64,000 bases of DNA from Azolla caroliniana. Its lineage: Eukaryota > Plantae > Polypodiophyta. Location of the stretch: the NCBI GenBank assembly GCA_043228905.1, contig JBHGNT010000016.1, positions 15,066,001 through 15,130,000 of the forward strand, read 5' to 3'. The notes beneath the pieces are model-generated. The model ran no database searches. It was not told the DNA's origin and saw nothing but the letters and a program-made list of their open reading frames with translations. Every line of letters starts with the position of its first letter. The first letter of the stretch is position 1. This document shows positions 34,389-49,459 of this stretch, piece by piece. The translations under genes were made by a program, and so were the position numbers.

Positions 34389-36649
34389 CTTATGGACTAC
34401 AAATAAATCGATATGAAGTGACCTTCCTCTTCATGTATTGATAGGTCACAAGCCACAAACATGTCACACATGCTCCCTCTCATTCTCTCTCAAGAATTCA
34501 CATCCAATGGGGTCCTCTAAACTTTCATGTCCTGTAGACTTTTAATGCAAAGGGAGTTTGACTTTTATATTTACGTGTTTGGAACAAAAAGCATAACTTA
34601 AAGCTTTTGATTAAGTCTTTGTTAGAGGCAAAACATCCACTATATACAAATCTAATGCTAATGATAATTAGATACATTGCCTAGACGAATCCCCTATAAT
34701 TCAGGTTATAATTAAGCCAACTCTCCCATATTAAGCTAATCTTCACTCACTTACAATGTCATTAGTAGTTAATATTACAAGCTCTTAGTACATCCATCCC
34801 TGGCTTTTGATTTGATTGCCATATTTTTTATATAGGAAGCTTATCTACATGCATCCTTACTATTGGGGTTAATTACGCAATTGGACAGGTAATTATACTC
34901 TGATTAGTGTTTATTGGTTATGCTTTGATTGGTTAGTGTATTGATGTCTAGTCTTTTAACTAATTAAGAATGACCCCTGCATACTACATATTGGTGCATC
35001 ATCTTCTGTGCTCCTAGTCTTTACCATTGCTCATGTTGATTTTTAATCATTTCTTCGAGGGTTTTGACATGAGGAAAACATTTGAAATTATTGTATACGT
35101 TGGTGTTATGCCCTAGAACCTCATTCTCTCCTCCTAGGAGGAGGATCCTTATGTGATCCTTAAGGATTCAAGTAATGACACATTAGAGTTAATCACAATG
35201 TTAATCATAAGTTCTCAAGCCACATAATTACCATAAGAATATTATGTTTCTTCAAAATATCAAATCATAAGCTAGTATGATTTCCTCTATCTTGAATAGC
35301 ATATTGCAAAGAACACACATGTCCCTCTATATCTAACCAAAACTAAAACTCTTCCATATGGAAACACATCCTACCAAAATGTGATAAGCGAACAACATCC
35401 TTATAGTTGATTCACACTCCTATAGTATGCAAACACTACTAGAGTGGATTTTGCTAATCCTCCATGTAACAACTCACTATGGTAGTGGTACCCTTCTTTT
35501 GAGTTAGTTCCTTGTTACATGGTTTATAGTTTTCTCTCTTTGGTCACTTACTAATTCTAGTGGATATATGAAACTGTACACGTAATTTATTTTGTCCATG
35601 GAGCTTGGAAAGTTCTTTGACATTGGTTATTAGTGATTTGGGGAGGTTTTTGTCTTGCCAAGGTCCATCCCAATTTATTGTATGTTGACAACATAACCTT
35701 AGGAGTATTCTACTTGATACAATAAATCCACATTTTGTAGGTTTCAACCTTAGTCGTGGTTCTCAAAATTTATCGAGAGATATTGTTGTATGTGTTAGAT
35801 TTCCCTATGTTGCTTTTAACATAGTGATGGATGTTTTCAATTCAAGCATTCTCACCATGTCCATGAAAACTTTTAGTTCCTAGAAAAATGTTGTATTTTC
35901 CTAACTATGCAATGTTATGAAAATTTGGTAGTAGTTAGTAATGTCATCAAGAAAATTGTAAGTTTCATGGTTTGCATGCAAAATAATGGTTGAATAGGTC
36001 AAACATTTTCGTTGTATGAAAATTTGGTAGTAGTTAATAATGTCATCATGAAAGTTGTATGTTTCATGGTTTTCATGCAAAATAATGTCCCTAAACAATG
36101 ACTGAAATAGGTCAAACATTTTGGTTGTGTTTAACTAATAATAACAGTTAAGTATGCTAGTGGGATAACTCTTTAAAAATGTGGTATACCTATACCATTT
36201 TGAGTTAGTTTATTGTTACATGGTTTATAGTGTGCCTTTTTTGCTAGAGACAAGAATCAAACCTCCAACTTCCAATGCCATAACCAAGTGTCATAGCAAA
36301 TGCATCTCCACACATGACATGGTTGTGATAAAATGCTTCTACAATAAGATACTTGTATATTTGGAGTTTTGTCATTCTAGAACTCTTTGGAATCTCTGGA
36401 AAGTTCTAGAAACTTCCAAAGCATGTATTCTACAAATATTGGAAATAATCTACAAACTTTAGGAGCATGCATGCACATGTAATAATTAGAAACATGTACA
36501 AATATATAGTTGTTCATCTTGATCATAAGTATGTAATTTCATTCTTTCTCTCTCAATATTTTGTCTCTTATCTAACTCACATTCCTTGTCTCATTTCCCC
36601 TTATCTGTAACAGATTGTTCACCTTCCCCTTCCTAAGCCTCATCATGTC

Positions 36650-38501
36650 TTACTCCACTGGAAACTGCAATAAGATGATGACAACCTTGCAAAAAGTCCA
36701 AATTACAACATTTGAGAATCATTGTGGAAACTTCATGCAACTTCATCGACAATTTCTTCAACCCCTAATGTTCTGGAGCCTAAGGTTATTCTACCAGACA
36801 ACTTAAATGGCTCAAGGACTTGGTATCACGGGTTATCAATACGATCCAACTTACCATTTAATCACAACCCACATGTTATTCTAATGATTTTTGTTGAGTT
36901 GTTGTAGTATTCTTCTCTTGGGTCTCGCACAAGTCTCGTTTGCGCCTCTAGTTGAAACATCATCATGTTCTACAAGACTTTCATGCTTTCCTTTAGAGCT
37001 TGAATTGTCATTTGGGGATATGGATCACATTAAATGACCTTTACAAAGCTCTATTCATTACAAATGGTATGTGATGATGTTCAATGGGACAACCAAAATT
37101 CTATCAGAACCTTTGAGGCGAAATGAAGAATCTATAGTTAAGTGTTTTGTAGCCCACATCCTTGTCACAATTGATTACTCAAGAAAATAATTATGATAAT
37201 CATGAACTTTGACGAGAAGAGCTCGTGACACAAGGGTTTCAATCTTTCCAATGATAGACCCACTGATGTTAGACCCACCTACCTCATTGCAGTCATTGTT
37301 TTCCAAGGTAATCGATACCCACGTTTCGATGGAGATCAATTGAGCTCAATTCAAACCTCTTACCGATGCACAAGATCAATATTGATGAGAAAATGCCCTA
37401 TGCCTCTATTTTGGTTAATCCAAGTATATTATTCACCAGTGCCCAAAGAAGGGTTCCTGACGAAAAATCTACAAAGGAACCACAATTCAAAGCTCCCACT
37501 ACTAGGAAAACAACAATGTCTTGTTAAAGTATGAGTCATGCAACCGGATGACTCTTGGTATTCACCTTTATTCTGTTCCTACCATTAGTCTACATCTCTT
37601 GGAGTTTTAATTAAAGGTAAGTATTTGTTCTAGATCTACCCTCATGATTTTACTAGGTTCACTAGATTTTGGAGCAAGTACTTGTACCATTTGTCTACAC
37701 CTCTTGGAGTTTTCAATTAAAACTAATTATTTGTTCTAGATCTACCTCCATAAATTCATTAGCTTGACTAGATTTTGGAGCAACAACTTGTTTTATCGAC
37801 ATAGCCTTCATCCAAAAACTTAAAATCCAGCTTTCCAAAGATAAAAACCAATATAAGTCGAAACCATTGACAAGATAATGCTTTCATGAGGTGCAATTAT
37901 ATAATTGAGTACCCCTTTAGCCATTCAAATCAGTTCCTAGCAACAAGAACTTATCTTATATCTCATTGCCTCACCCCAACATCTAATCGTCTTGAAGGTC
38001 TCATGGTTGCAAATGCATTTTCTAGTATTGGATTGGTCCAACCACTCCCTCACCTTCAACACAAAGATGTATCCATAGAGCTAGAAAAATCTTGACTTGA
38101 ATTCTTATACCTCGACACTAAGGAAAGAAGTCTAAAATTGATTGCTTTAACCCCATTCTCCTATTTGAGCAAGGTCTATTGACATGATTCTTGCTCTAGT
38201 GAGGACCAATTCCAACTCAATTTTCTCACTCCCCAACGCACCTGCCCAACTCTAGAACTATGCTCTTACATTGAGATGAGTAAGGAATCAATCAATAGTG
38301 TCCCTAGGAAGTGGCTTGGTAAACATGTTAGCTCTAGAACCGTGCTCCTATAACTCTATGTTGGCTAAGAAGTATTTATCAAAAGTTGATCTTAAATGTT
38401 AAGAATTAGGTAAGTAATTAAGCAAGGGTTAATAAGTACCTAATTATGTGATTAAGGTAAGCGTGGAAGATTATGTGATATGTGTGTGTCTGTGTGTGAG
38501 A

Positions 38502-38547
<46 letters not shown>

Positions 38548-40240
38548 GTTAACACTTATGAACAACACAAGATGGGGGATGATTAACTCTATATTAAATT
38601 AGCATCAACATCATCAAATTCATCAAATTCAAAAATACCCACAGTGAGGTATATATAGATCTCATGTGCAAGGGGGCACATGTGTGAGGAGAATATAGGT
38701 ACAAGGGTGTAAGTCCTATATTAAATGTACTTGGGACTGGAGGATCTAGAATATCCCACTTAAGTACAAGGTCCTATTTAAGGCGTTATAGTCAACACTT
38801 CTAACTAGATTATATCTAGGTAACTACGAAGTTACATGGTTGACTAACTAACTAAACTAAGTTGAGCTTGATCTCTCAACAAAATAATGTAGAAGCCCTA
38901 AAAATGTCATTTCAAATGTTGTAGCTTTTGAAGAATGAAGACCTTATTTGACAAGGTCATAACAAAATGTCCAAGTGATAACCGATCAAAACTTGAATGT
39001 TACATTGACATCAAGGTCATTAGTGGACTTTTTTAGCTAATTATGACTTTGAAATATTATTTCGGTTGGGGTCCACGACAAGAAGGTTGATGCTAATTCT
39101 TGATGATGTTTAGAATTCAAGCTCCAACCAAGGGATGACACCTATGACCAATAATCCCAATGTTTGTTGAAGCTAGATCAAATCCTTATCTTTGCGAGAT
39201 AAATACTACATGAGCATTTGCTCCTCAAGGAGGTAGTTGAAGCACTAGTGACAAACAAATTCACAAATGAAATTAAGGTAAGGCTTAATAATCCACACAA
39301 GGAGAAGAATAGGGCAGAACTCAATTGGTTCAAATTCGAAAACAAATTCATATATTGAGACAATGTTTTATGTCCCCCAAGGGCCGTGTCTAACTTGAGC
39401 ATTGTAGAAATGCCATAATGACCCACTCCCTTACCATTTAAGTGTTAGGAAAATTATAGAATTATTCTTATGAGGATATTTGTCGCCTCAACCAAGAAAT
39501 TTGTCAAAGAACTCATCAAGACATGTGATATTTGTGCTCCATCCAAAGTAGTACATCATCTATCTCCATTCCAAGCCAACATTGGACGTCTATCTCCATG
39601 GATTTTATCACTAACTTACCCCCTACTCGGTAGGTTTGACTCACTTCACCCCATGCCCCAAAACCATTTCAGGAGAAGAGACACTAGATCTATTTTTAAA
39701 GAATGTTGTTCGACTACATGAGTTTCTAGATAATGACACTTTAGATTGGTGATCTCAAGTCATCTCTCATTTTAGGAGATGTCTCCTCCAAACATTCAAC
39801 ACTTTAGTGAATCTATATTTGGCATATCATCCACAAACTAATGGCCAAACAAATTGGGTTAACCAAAATCTAGAATAATACCTTTGGTTCTTTGTCAATT
39901 ACCAACAAGCTGATTAGGTTGACCTATTCCCAATGGTAGAGTTTGCCGACAATAACTCACCACATAAGTTGGCCAAAGTTACCCCATACTTTACAAATTG
40001 TAGCTTATACCCTCACCTCAACATTTCCATGCCTCCCAAATCTGTAAGCCCATTAGCAAAAGAACAAGCCCATAAAAACTAGAGGACATACAATAGAAAC
40101 TATCCTTGGAACTCACTCTTGTTGGTGAACAACACAAGAATCATGCTAATCATCATCGATATGATACTTCCAGCTTTGAAGTTTGTGGTTTGGTTTGGAT
40201 TGTATACCAAAATATTGCCACCACTAGTCCCTGCAAGAAG
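36650..40240 (+). pseudogene. Highly decayed Ty3/gypsy gag-pol relic
   Basis: Scattered motifs: EPKVILPD..NG (gag), IKTCDIC, ISMDFIT-like, YHPQTNGQ..VNQ.LE.YL, EFA.NN; many stops and frameshifts. Confidence 0.6.
38359..38881. repeat. Possible solo LTR within the relic
   Basis: TGTTG...CAACA ends and (GA)n; no matching TSD found. Confidence 0.35.
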
Positions 40241-40242
40241 TT

Positions 40243-43200
40243 TGTTATGGGCATGACCATAATTTATCCCGTGGTAAGCTTTATCGCAGTAGTCTACACA
40301 CGAGGATAAAGTGTGAGGTTAATTGAGAGTGTAAAGAAGGGAAGATTACTTTTACTCCTAGGAATTGAGATAACCGATAAGGGACAAGTGTGAACTTGCT
40401 TGGGGGCCTTAGGCTTGGCTATAAGTATGAGGCCTAACTACCCTCATTAACACATCATTTGACTACTTTGAGACTATGATCGTGTGGTGAACAAACTATT
40501 CTAGCGAGTGCGCCAGTACCAAGTATGACTTGATGCCATGATGGTGGTATGGGATTTCAATCAAGTTTTGAGTCCATCTCGATCCCTTCACTCGAGGGTG
40601 GTTGGGTGGATAAACACCTTTCTTTCTCTCTCTTTTATTATCTATTCATCATATATTTCATTGTCTTATGCTTACATTAGGAATAATCTCTAACATATGG
40701 TATTTGAGCGTTTTTTTTATGTTTCTTTTGTTGATGTGATTTGTTTTGGATGGTGATTGTTCAATGATCGTTCAAGCTTAATCTAGAAATGCGTCAACAA
40801 AGGAACTTGAGTACTTTTGTTTTCTTTAATCATGTTTAAGTCAATATGTGATAATTTCAATCATTTAATCATATTGTAGTGGTCATAGTTTGTTTGTATA
40901 AAACATACACATATATTACATATACGTATGAGGTCAATACCTCAACTACCATGTATTTGATATGTGATCTATGTTGTATGCATAAGAGGTCAATATCTCA
41001 ATTGCGTAATACTTTCACTCTTATTTTTTGGATGTTGTGTGTGCATAGAGGCTATATGCCTTGATTACATATCTCGATTACATCATTCATTAGATTATGT
41101 TTTGTTAACGATTCTTTTATATATACATATGTAATTACATGTATACGTATGTGATCATATACATGTCATAAACATATATTGTATGTGATGGTTGTCGCTT
41201 CAAGGTCAGGATCTTGGTGGCCATCTTCACCTTTTTTTGTGGGAAGGTGCAGTCACCATCTTTTTTTAACAAAAATTCATTGTTATCCCCCTTGGTTACG
41301 TCGGTTTTGCTATACATAACAATGAAACAAGCATGGCCATAATGAGGTTGTGTGCATGAGGGCATGACCCACTTCATGCCAGGTTGCCCTTATTAAACAT
41401 ACATCCAACATTCCACACTCGTTACATGATTATGATGCCACCACGAGATCATCATTACAAAACACATTTATAATAAAATAATCATGGGCCTACTACGAAA
41501 AAGAGGGCTAGTGTTGGCTCAACCATTAGGTTGCTCCTTATGGTATGCCATTGTAATGATGATACTTAGTTTTCTATTTAACGAGTGGGAAATAAGGATT
41601 CTAGACACATATGTTTTTCTTTAATAAGACTTAGAATAATATGGGTACATGCCTTCACATATCTCTATACACATAAGCATTCAAAATTTAATATGAGCAA
41701 GCCATTTGGCTAGCTCAAGTGTTTATTGATGTTGTTCTTGAGGTTTCGAGTTCAAATTTGACCAAGACCATACAATATTATTGATACATACAACTATAAA
41801 ACATGTTTAGACTTGAGGTCTAACTGCTTTTCGGGGCCCTCATAATGAGACTTAAAGAGCCAAAACCACATGGGTGGGCATATAAACATAATTTATTGTT
41901 AACATTTTTTTGTGTATAAACTATTCATGATGTGAACAAACATGGTTGAGCCTCGGGGAGCCACCATGAAATAATCGATATAGAGATCGGGAAAGACATG
42001 CATTTGTCACCCCCATGGTTTTTAAAACACCTTTGTGTTACCATAGTTACCTAATCTTGAACCTCATCTCACACGTCAAGAGGGGTATAGACATGAGATC
42101 ATGATCTCGATTAATGTTTGCCCATGATATGTTTACATCACGACATGATGTTATGGTTATTTGTTTGACCTCATCCTATTTCTTTGTCATACATCATATT
42201 TTTATGGCTCATAATAATGACCCCATGACATCCTCCCATGTGAAGGGGATTCAAGGAAATCCTCCTCGTGCAATCCCCATTGAGTAGTATTTTTTACAAA
42301 TACAAAATTTCCTTAATTTTACCTTGAATGAGATTGCTAAACTTCGGCAATATCATGGTGTCAGATACCTGGATAGACTTTGTCAAGGTTTTCAAGGGTT
42401 AATTTCTGCAACCACCATCTCGCACCGAGGCATCACAAGCATTAATGAAGCTCTCTAGTTGAAATTTTTCCTCACAAGAAGATTATGTTCACCATACTAG
42501 AGCCCAATTTCAAAAATCGAGTCTAGAAGGGAACATTTGGTTAATTGCTTATTTTGTCAATGACATTTCCAATTCAGACGATCATTGGATAGTGCATGAT
42601 AAGGATCCGAAATCTTTTGAAGAGGCCATTGAAATAGTCCTTTGTTATCAATGTACTTCGAAGAAGAACCATAACAAACCGAAAGCGCTAGGGACTAAGC
42701 AATCACAATTCGCTTGGAAACACAAAACACCCAACGAATTCTTGGATCATGATTATAAGAGACAAAATCCTTTTGCATGTTCTGCAAAAAGAAGGGTCAC
42801 ACAAAAGAGCAATGTTAGAAGCTCCAATGCAAAGAGCACGACAACAAAAACAAAGTTGCAGACCATAAAGGTCAGAGTCCTGATGTCTTTGAGGTCTATA
42901 CACATAATTTAAGTAGTTGTAAATGTTCAGTATTGGGATCCAATGGTTTACTACATGCAAACGGGTATATCAATGGATCTTGAGTATAGTTCTTATTTAA
43001 TTCAGGAAGCTCACATACTTCTGTAAATGATCATTTGGTTCAGATATGGGGAATCCAACCCACCGTAAGTGATCATACCTATAAGGTGCACTTGGCTTAT
43101 GGAAGAGTACAATACATCAATAGAGTGATTCAGTCATTCGCAATTTACATTGATAGTTATGTAGAACAAGTGGATTTCCATGTAAGGAATTTTTCTACCA

Positions 43201-43320
43201 CTAATGTAATACTGGGTTATCCCCAGTTCTTTATCTATTGATTGGGTTCATCATTCAACAATTTTTACACTAAACGATTGTACTTATTTTAAATTCAACT
43301 TGTAAAGAAAACAATCTCCT
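40243..43320 (+). mobile_element. Older 3'-truncated copy of the chromovirus B family (5' LTR, PBS, leader, gag-protease)
   Basis: 40243-40695 homologous to the reverse complement of the B LTR (TGTTATGGGCATGACCAT...TAACA); PBS-like TGGTATTTGAGC; leader and gag ([31 protein letters not shown]) match B. Confidence 0.88.
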
Positions 43321-45299
43321 AGAAATTGAGACAACCCAAAGGACTAGGTGTGATGCATTCTCATAACGCAACCTCTTGATGTGTCTTTCTAATAAGTGAT
43401 GTAGACATGTATGTTGGTTTGGATTGTCCATAAATGAAAGTTCCAAATAGGCATCCCGTGATGCCCATAAATGCAAGTCCTAATAGTATGATTAGCATGT
43501 TTGGGATGGTCCATTTACAAATACAAAGGTTCCTAAGACAAGAAGGAACATGTTAGAGATTGAGAATTTTCAATCATTTAATGGATTGTAGGTCTATAAT
43601 TTTACAGAATTTCATCATGTTGATTGACGCACACATATTATGACATGTACACTTAACCTCGTTTGTAAGATTAATCGGATTTCAAGCATTTAACGAATTC
43701 TAGGTCTATTATATAAAATTTCATCATGTTGATGCACACACATTATGATATACACTTAACCTCATTTCTAAGATTAATGAGTTAGGACTTCTCCTTAATT
43801 ATACAAAGTGGAGTATGATTGTAAAGGCGCGCAAATCGATTAATACATGATTTTGATAAAGCAATCGAGGATGTTGGCACAAGGTTAATACTTCTTAATT
43901 GTGTTGATTGTGATGGGAATAATGAATCATTCTTCACAACATATATTATGCAGATTAATTCTACTTATCATCAACACAAAATTGGGTGAGCATAATTTTG
44001 GAAATCCATATTATCAAAGATATGTTTCTAATTAGGAGCAGTGTTAATTAAGGAGTGTTTCCTTTTCTTTTAATTGTGCAGAGATAAGATAAGTAGATTA
44101 TTCAGAGCAGGTGTTTATGAACCACAGAGAATGAAGTCCAATTGAATCTGAGGTAGAGCCGGAAACTGCAGAAAAAATACACTTCCATAATGCAAGAATG
44201 TGTAAATATTAAACGAAACGAAATTTAGGGTAAGATAATCTTGTTAGAAAATTGAGATACTAAACATCTGGAAATTTGAACTATCTTTGAGATAATAATT
44301 AAAATTAATTGAGTTTTTCTCAGCTGAAGTTAGGGAGGGAGCAGCTTACAGCAAAAATCATACGGATATAGAAAACATTTTGAACAATGTAAACCTTTTT
44401 CTTTTGGCTCTGAAATGATCTAAATAGTGTTGTGAGCACTCTTTGCTAGGCTGCAATGTTTATTTAGGGTTTTAGAGTTAATTTATAAAGAACATTGTCT
44501 GCAAATTTTAGGCATTCCTTGTTTTTTGCGAGTAATTGTATCTCGACTACTCTCTGTCGTCTTTCTCCTCCTCCTCTGCAAGGTCTTCCCGACATGGCCT
44601 TTCCGGTTCGTTCTCCTTCCTTTTCTAGAGATTCTTCCTGATTACCCAGCGATGGAGATAGTTCTGACGAATCATCTGTTTTCTTCTCCTTGTGTACAGA
44701 ACTGGTCACTACCTGGCTATAATTTGGCGACGAAAGAAGTGGCGACGCCACCACAGCTTCTGATTACCAGCAGCAGCAGAAGAGTTTGGATGGTTGATAT
44801 GTCTTCACAATTAGTAAAGAAAAAGCAGGTATTTCATTAGATTTCTTTCTTTACTATTGTCATCATAAAAAAAACGGAAGAAGAAGAAGATTTTAGCTCT
44901 ATTACATTTGAATCTTTTCTTGATTTTTCCTTATAAGAAGGCTTTGGTTTTCACCCCCCAAAAGTTGAGAGGCCACACATCCCATCAGACAAACACAAAC
45001 ACAAACACAAACACAACACAATTGTGTCCTGTCATTGTGTCACTTTTCTACCCCTCGGTTTTTCGTATGGACGGGGGTTGGGGTCCCGGGACAAAACAAA
45101 AAATTAAGACAGACGAGTGCAATTTCTTTTGCCAAGAAAAGGGTGGACGATCGCTGTCAGATCTGATTTCTCGAAAAACCTTCTTGGAGGCCTTGGTTTC
45201 AATTCGAGATACCCATCTTCAAACCTAGAGGTTGCTTTAGATTAGATACCCATCTTCAAACCTAGAGAATGCGTCACATTTGGCCGAGAACTAGAATCC

Positions 45300-46810
45300 T
45301 AGAGAAAAAGTTGTACAATAAATAAGGGGTTGAAATAAATGACCTGTAACAGATTGAAATAAGTATTATCTAAGGCAAAGAAGAATTATACCAAAGATGA
45401 ATTGATACGTCTGTGCAAATGGGAGCAAATCATTTAGTGTCAATTTGCTTGGCAAGATTGTGAAGTTACTTAGATGTTCAATATTAACCTCAAGAATCCA
45501 AGATTAGAGGACAATAATGGGTTGGTGGAGTTGTTAAGATGATACAAGCCAACTTCATTTTTGCCTGTTACTATCAACGTAGACACAATAGGCTAGTTGA
45601 ACTTGACAATCTAAATGCAATAAATTTTGAAAATAGTTGGTTGTTGACTACAAGAAGTCTAACACAAATATACTCAACACTGGACAACTCTTTGATAAAA
45701 ATTTGAGAGTTGTGTGATTGTATATCACACAATATAGATTTTTCATAAACCATGACTTGAGCAAACGTTATCCACAATCCAATCATGAAGAGAGGATGCA
45801 ATTGTAGACAGAAGAATTAACATTGATGCCTAAGAAAACTTTTTATTTGGTTTTATGACTAGTGTTAGTTCTAGTTTCAAGCTTGGAATATATTATATCC
45901 CTCTTTTTCAGGCAATTAGGTAGGATGTAGCCTTTATAGCCACAATAGATGACATGGTTGCTCTTTCTGGGTTGGATTATTGGCTAGTTTTTTAAATTTT
46001 CTTCAGGACAGGCATTCCATTTGCCTTTGCCTTTAACATGGAAAAGACGAGTCTCTCTAGAACTTGAAGTGCTAGTTGGCCTCATATCCGTATCTTGTAA
46101 CATCATAGTAAATATATTCAAACATGGAGTAATGGGAAGAACGAAAATTGTGTCACAAAATGCCTCGAAATATTCTAAGATCTTGGTCACCAAATGATGC
46201 GCAAATTCTTCCTTGGTGGCATTGCTTCCTAAGGAAACAAGTTGCTTTTGTAGAGAGATAAATTATGTTCTGCTCAATATAATTTGGACCATCAAAACTT
46301 TAAATTTTGGCTAGTGGGCTCTCCAAGGCTATCATGTGATTCTTATTGGGTCTACAATGCCTTTGTTGAACTAAATCCCAAAACTCTTTTGTTGCCTTAT
46401 CATCTTTGCCAAGAAATTTACAAACAACTAGAGGCTTCATGTTGAAGACCATGGACACGACTGTATTTGTCTAGCCAAGAATCAACTTTAGCTTGTGTGT
46501 CTATTGAAGATGAAACAGTAGTAGTCGTAGGGTTGGGCTCAATCCCTTTTATAATATTCCACAAATGTTTGTATTTTAACAACCTCATCCTATGCAATTC
46601 CTAATCTAAAGCTATAAAAGGATTGTTATAACTACGTACACAAAGGCAACCTACACTTCCCTAAATAATACTTCTATGTGGGGACAATATATGGTTGTTT
46701 AAAAGGGGGTTCTCAATATGGTGGGAAGGATGGAAATGAAAAAGAAAAAAACAATTGGTTGCTCAAACAAAACGATGTTTAATGGGAGACCTCATAACTC
46801 TAATACCATG
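45300..46810 (-). pseudogene. Decayed copia 5' region (PBS, gag, protease relic)
   Basis: Minus-strand TGGTATTAGAG at ~46798-46808; RM.LLKYKHLWNIIKG gag-like remnant. Confidence 0.45.
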
Positions 46811-48379
46811 AGACAAAACTATTATGAACCTTTTTTGTAAGGCACTAAAGAGGCTAGCAAAAGATTAAAGATGAGAGTTGTTTTTGTAGCACATGCAACA
46901 CATGCCTTTGATTCACATCATCTATACATATACAATTCCCAACTCAAATATATTGTACTTTCTTTCTTCCTAAGGATCTGTATGCACAACAAATTCTAGT
47001 GCCTAATATATTGAAACCTCATTACATTCTCCCGGTTGGGAGTCCATTAGTGTCGCCCTTTATTGACTTGACCATGAGTAAGAGTAACGGAGATAAGAAA
47101 CTTGTGGTTGCTCTTTGTTTATTAGCTTGTGTGGTTGTATTGTTGTCCTTCAACAACTTCAACTTCTTGTGTATCTAGCCTCACGCACCGTTGGTCCTCA
47201 TTTTCCATTACCTTGCATAGTGGCCAAAATTCTCAATTAAAGAAACGATGATATCTCCCTCTAATTTCATAAAAAACATTACAACGATAAACAATATTCT
47301 TTAGATTCTACTCCTTGATGACAATGGACAAATTCTTGCTTGAAGAGGTAGGTATTCATGTATATTTGTTTACCTCAATCTCTAACTGATGTGAAGAAGT
47401 TCACAATTGCCCTAAGCACACAAGCTTAGTGCATGAATAGATGTATGCCCATATAAGAGGGCTCGATGATGAATCGTTTCTCTCATGTGTGTTAAAAATG
47501 TTTTATAATGGATCATCTTCGTACTAACATATGTGGGGTTAATCCATGTTATTTTGTTTTTCAAGTTGATTATATCAGTTCATCTATTCTTTTCCACTTT
47601 GGTTAATTTTAAAGCTATATTAGAACAAAGGTAGTGCATTAATGCTTATGCCATTTGACTCGACCATTGTTGCATTTCAATGTAATAAATGTTGTTATGA
47701 AGTAGTGATATGTTCAAAATGTTGATTGAATAAATGTTGAACATAATGTAGAGAGAGAGAGAGAGACAAACAAAATGCAAAGAGAGAGAGACTCTCTTTG
47801 ACCAGGTGAAGTGTATCATGAAAATGCAAAATGCAAAATGCTTGATAGGTCCGGGTGTAGGAGCATTTCAAACTTCTATGGACTCCATCATACAACAAGG
47901 GTATTTTTCATCATGAGAAATGTATTATACATTAGCATGAATAATTGCTCTTATCTTGTGGTAAACTAGAAGAGTATTGACTGAGAGGTTGGTTGATGGT
48001 TTGCATGGTTATATGCCACAAGATAAGCCTTTTTTGGGTATTTGTCTTGGCTTGCCACTTCATTTTGAAAACCATGAAAACCACTTCATCATTTCTTGGG
48101 AGATTGCACCGAAACTTGAGGATCTCCCCCTGAAGCTCTACCAATACACCTTATAAAATTTTACTTTAAATATGTACTATATAAGCCACTCCATGTAATG
48201 GAGTCGAGTTTCATCTCATTTTTATGAGAATTGGTTTCATGAACTTTTGTTATATTATATATTAAAATAAATGAGGGCTATTGTGAGATAGCCAACATAT
48301 GATTGTTTACATTTTTTTTTCCATAAAAAATATCCTCCATTGGTATTAAAATTAAAGGAAAACTATATACATATATTGT

Positions 48380-49457
48380 GTTGCATCTGTTCAAAACTAA
48401 TACAACCCCTCCTCAGCATATCCATAGTCTCTATAGCCTCTTTTTAGTGCATTCCATGAGACGATATTTGAAACAATAATTGTGCTAAATGTTTTCTACA
48501 CAGTTTCTCCGTTCGAGCATATCTCGAAATTAAACTAGACCATTCAAAAAGACTTCTTGCTTGTCTTATGGCAAAGACTTGTTAATCTTCAAGTATACTT
48601 CTCAATAAGGCACTTGTTTGTGTGACCTTCATGTTTTATGAGGACATTTGAACATGGAAGTTGTTCCCTTTCTGTATATCTCCCATGTTGCCACCTGCTT
48701 TCAACATACCAGGAAATGTCATCATATTAGGTAAGAGGCCTTGCACAAGCATTTGAAGATAGAGTTGTATAGCATCCTCATTCTTATCATGCTTAGTATA
48801 GCCCAATAACATGGCAGTCCATTGTACCACATCTCCAACCAATAATAATCCATCAAAAAGCTCTCGGGCTTCAATTATTGGTTCACATTTACTGTACCAA
48901 CAAAAGGATCTTTTTCAAATCCTTCTTTTGCATTATCACCATGTAATTCCCCTCCTCTTGTTAGAGACTCTACGCCAAAACAAGCTTTCAAGAAGTAGAC
49001 AAATCAAGCAAAGTCAGGAGAAATTTCTTCTACTTGCATTTGTTCCAAGCCATAAAACACTTGCTTTTCGAGCCCATAGTCAGTATATCCAGATGCAATC
49101 ACATTCCATTATCAGACCACATTTGATGTACATATCAATCAAAGAGTCCCACAAGCATTTAGGACACTTATATAGGTCATTGCTCCAAGAGGGAATGCCA
49201 TCATTTCCATTTGCTCTAACAACTAACAAACATAGGGCGTCTTCAGTTGGCCCATATTTAGCATATCCATTAATAAGAGTTTCTTCACAAAACCCAATTC
49301 CACATTACCTTGATCTTGCATAAACTAAATATAATTCAATGATTCTTTATCTTGTTTATTCTCTACATATCCTCTTGTGCTTTTGCAAGAAAACAAAATA
49401 TATGTGACAGTATCTGGGGCAATGCCATCATTTTGAATTTGTTTAAAACAGTCCAAC
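48380..49457 (-). pseudogene. PLS-class pentatricopeptide repeat (PPR) gene relic
   Basis: DVVQWTAMLLGYTKH..NEDAIQLYLQM...GLLPNMMTF; LDCFKQIQNDGIAPDTVTY; SLIDMYIKCG; many frameshifts and stops; truncated by an LTR at ~49460. Confidence 0.75.
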
Positions 49458-49459
49458 TT

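Noticed and set aside
43568-43778. Short local tandem duplications (also ~35910-36125, ~37580-37790, ~45206-45266)
   Set aside because: Two-copy degenerate duplications with no structural or coding signal; ordinary sequence decay
44464-45228. Short ORFs that might be exons of a host gene
   Set aside because: No recognisable protein motif or convincing splice chain; cannot be supported without transcripts
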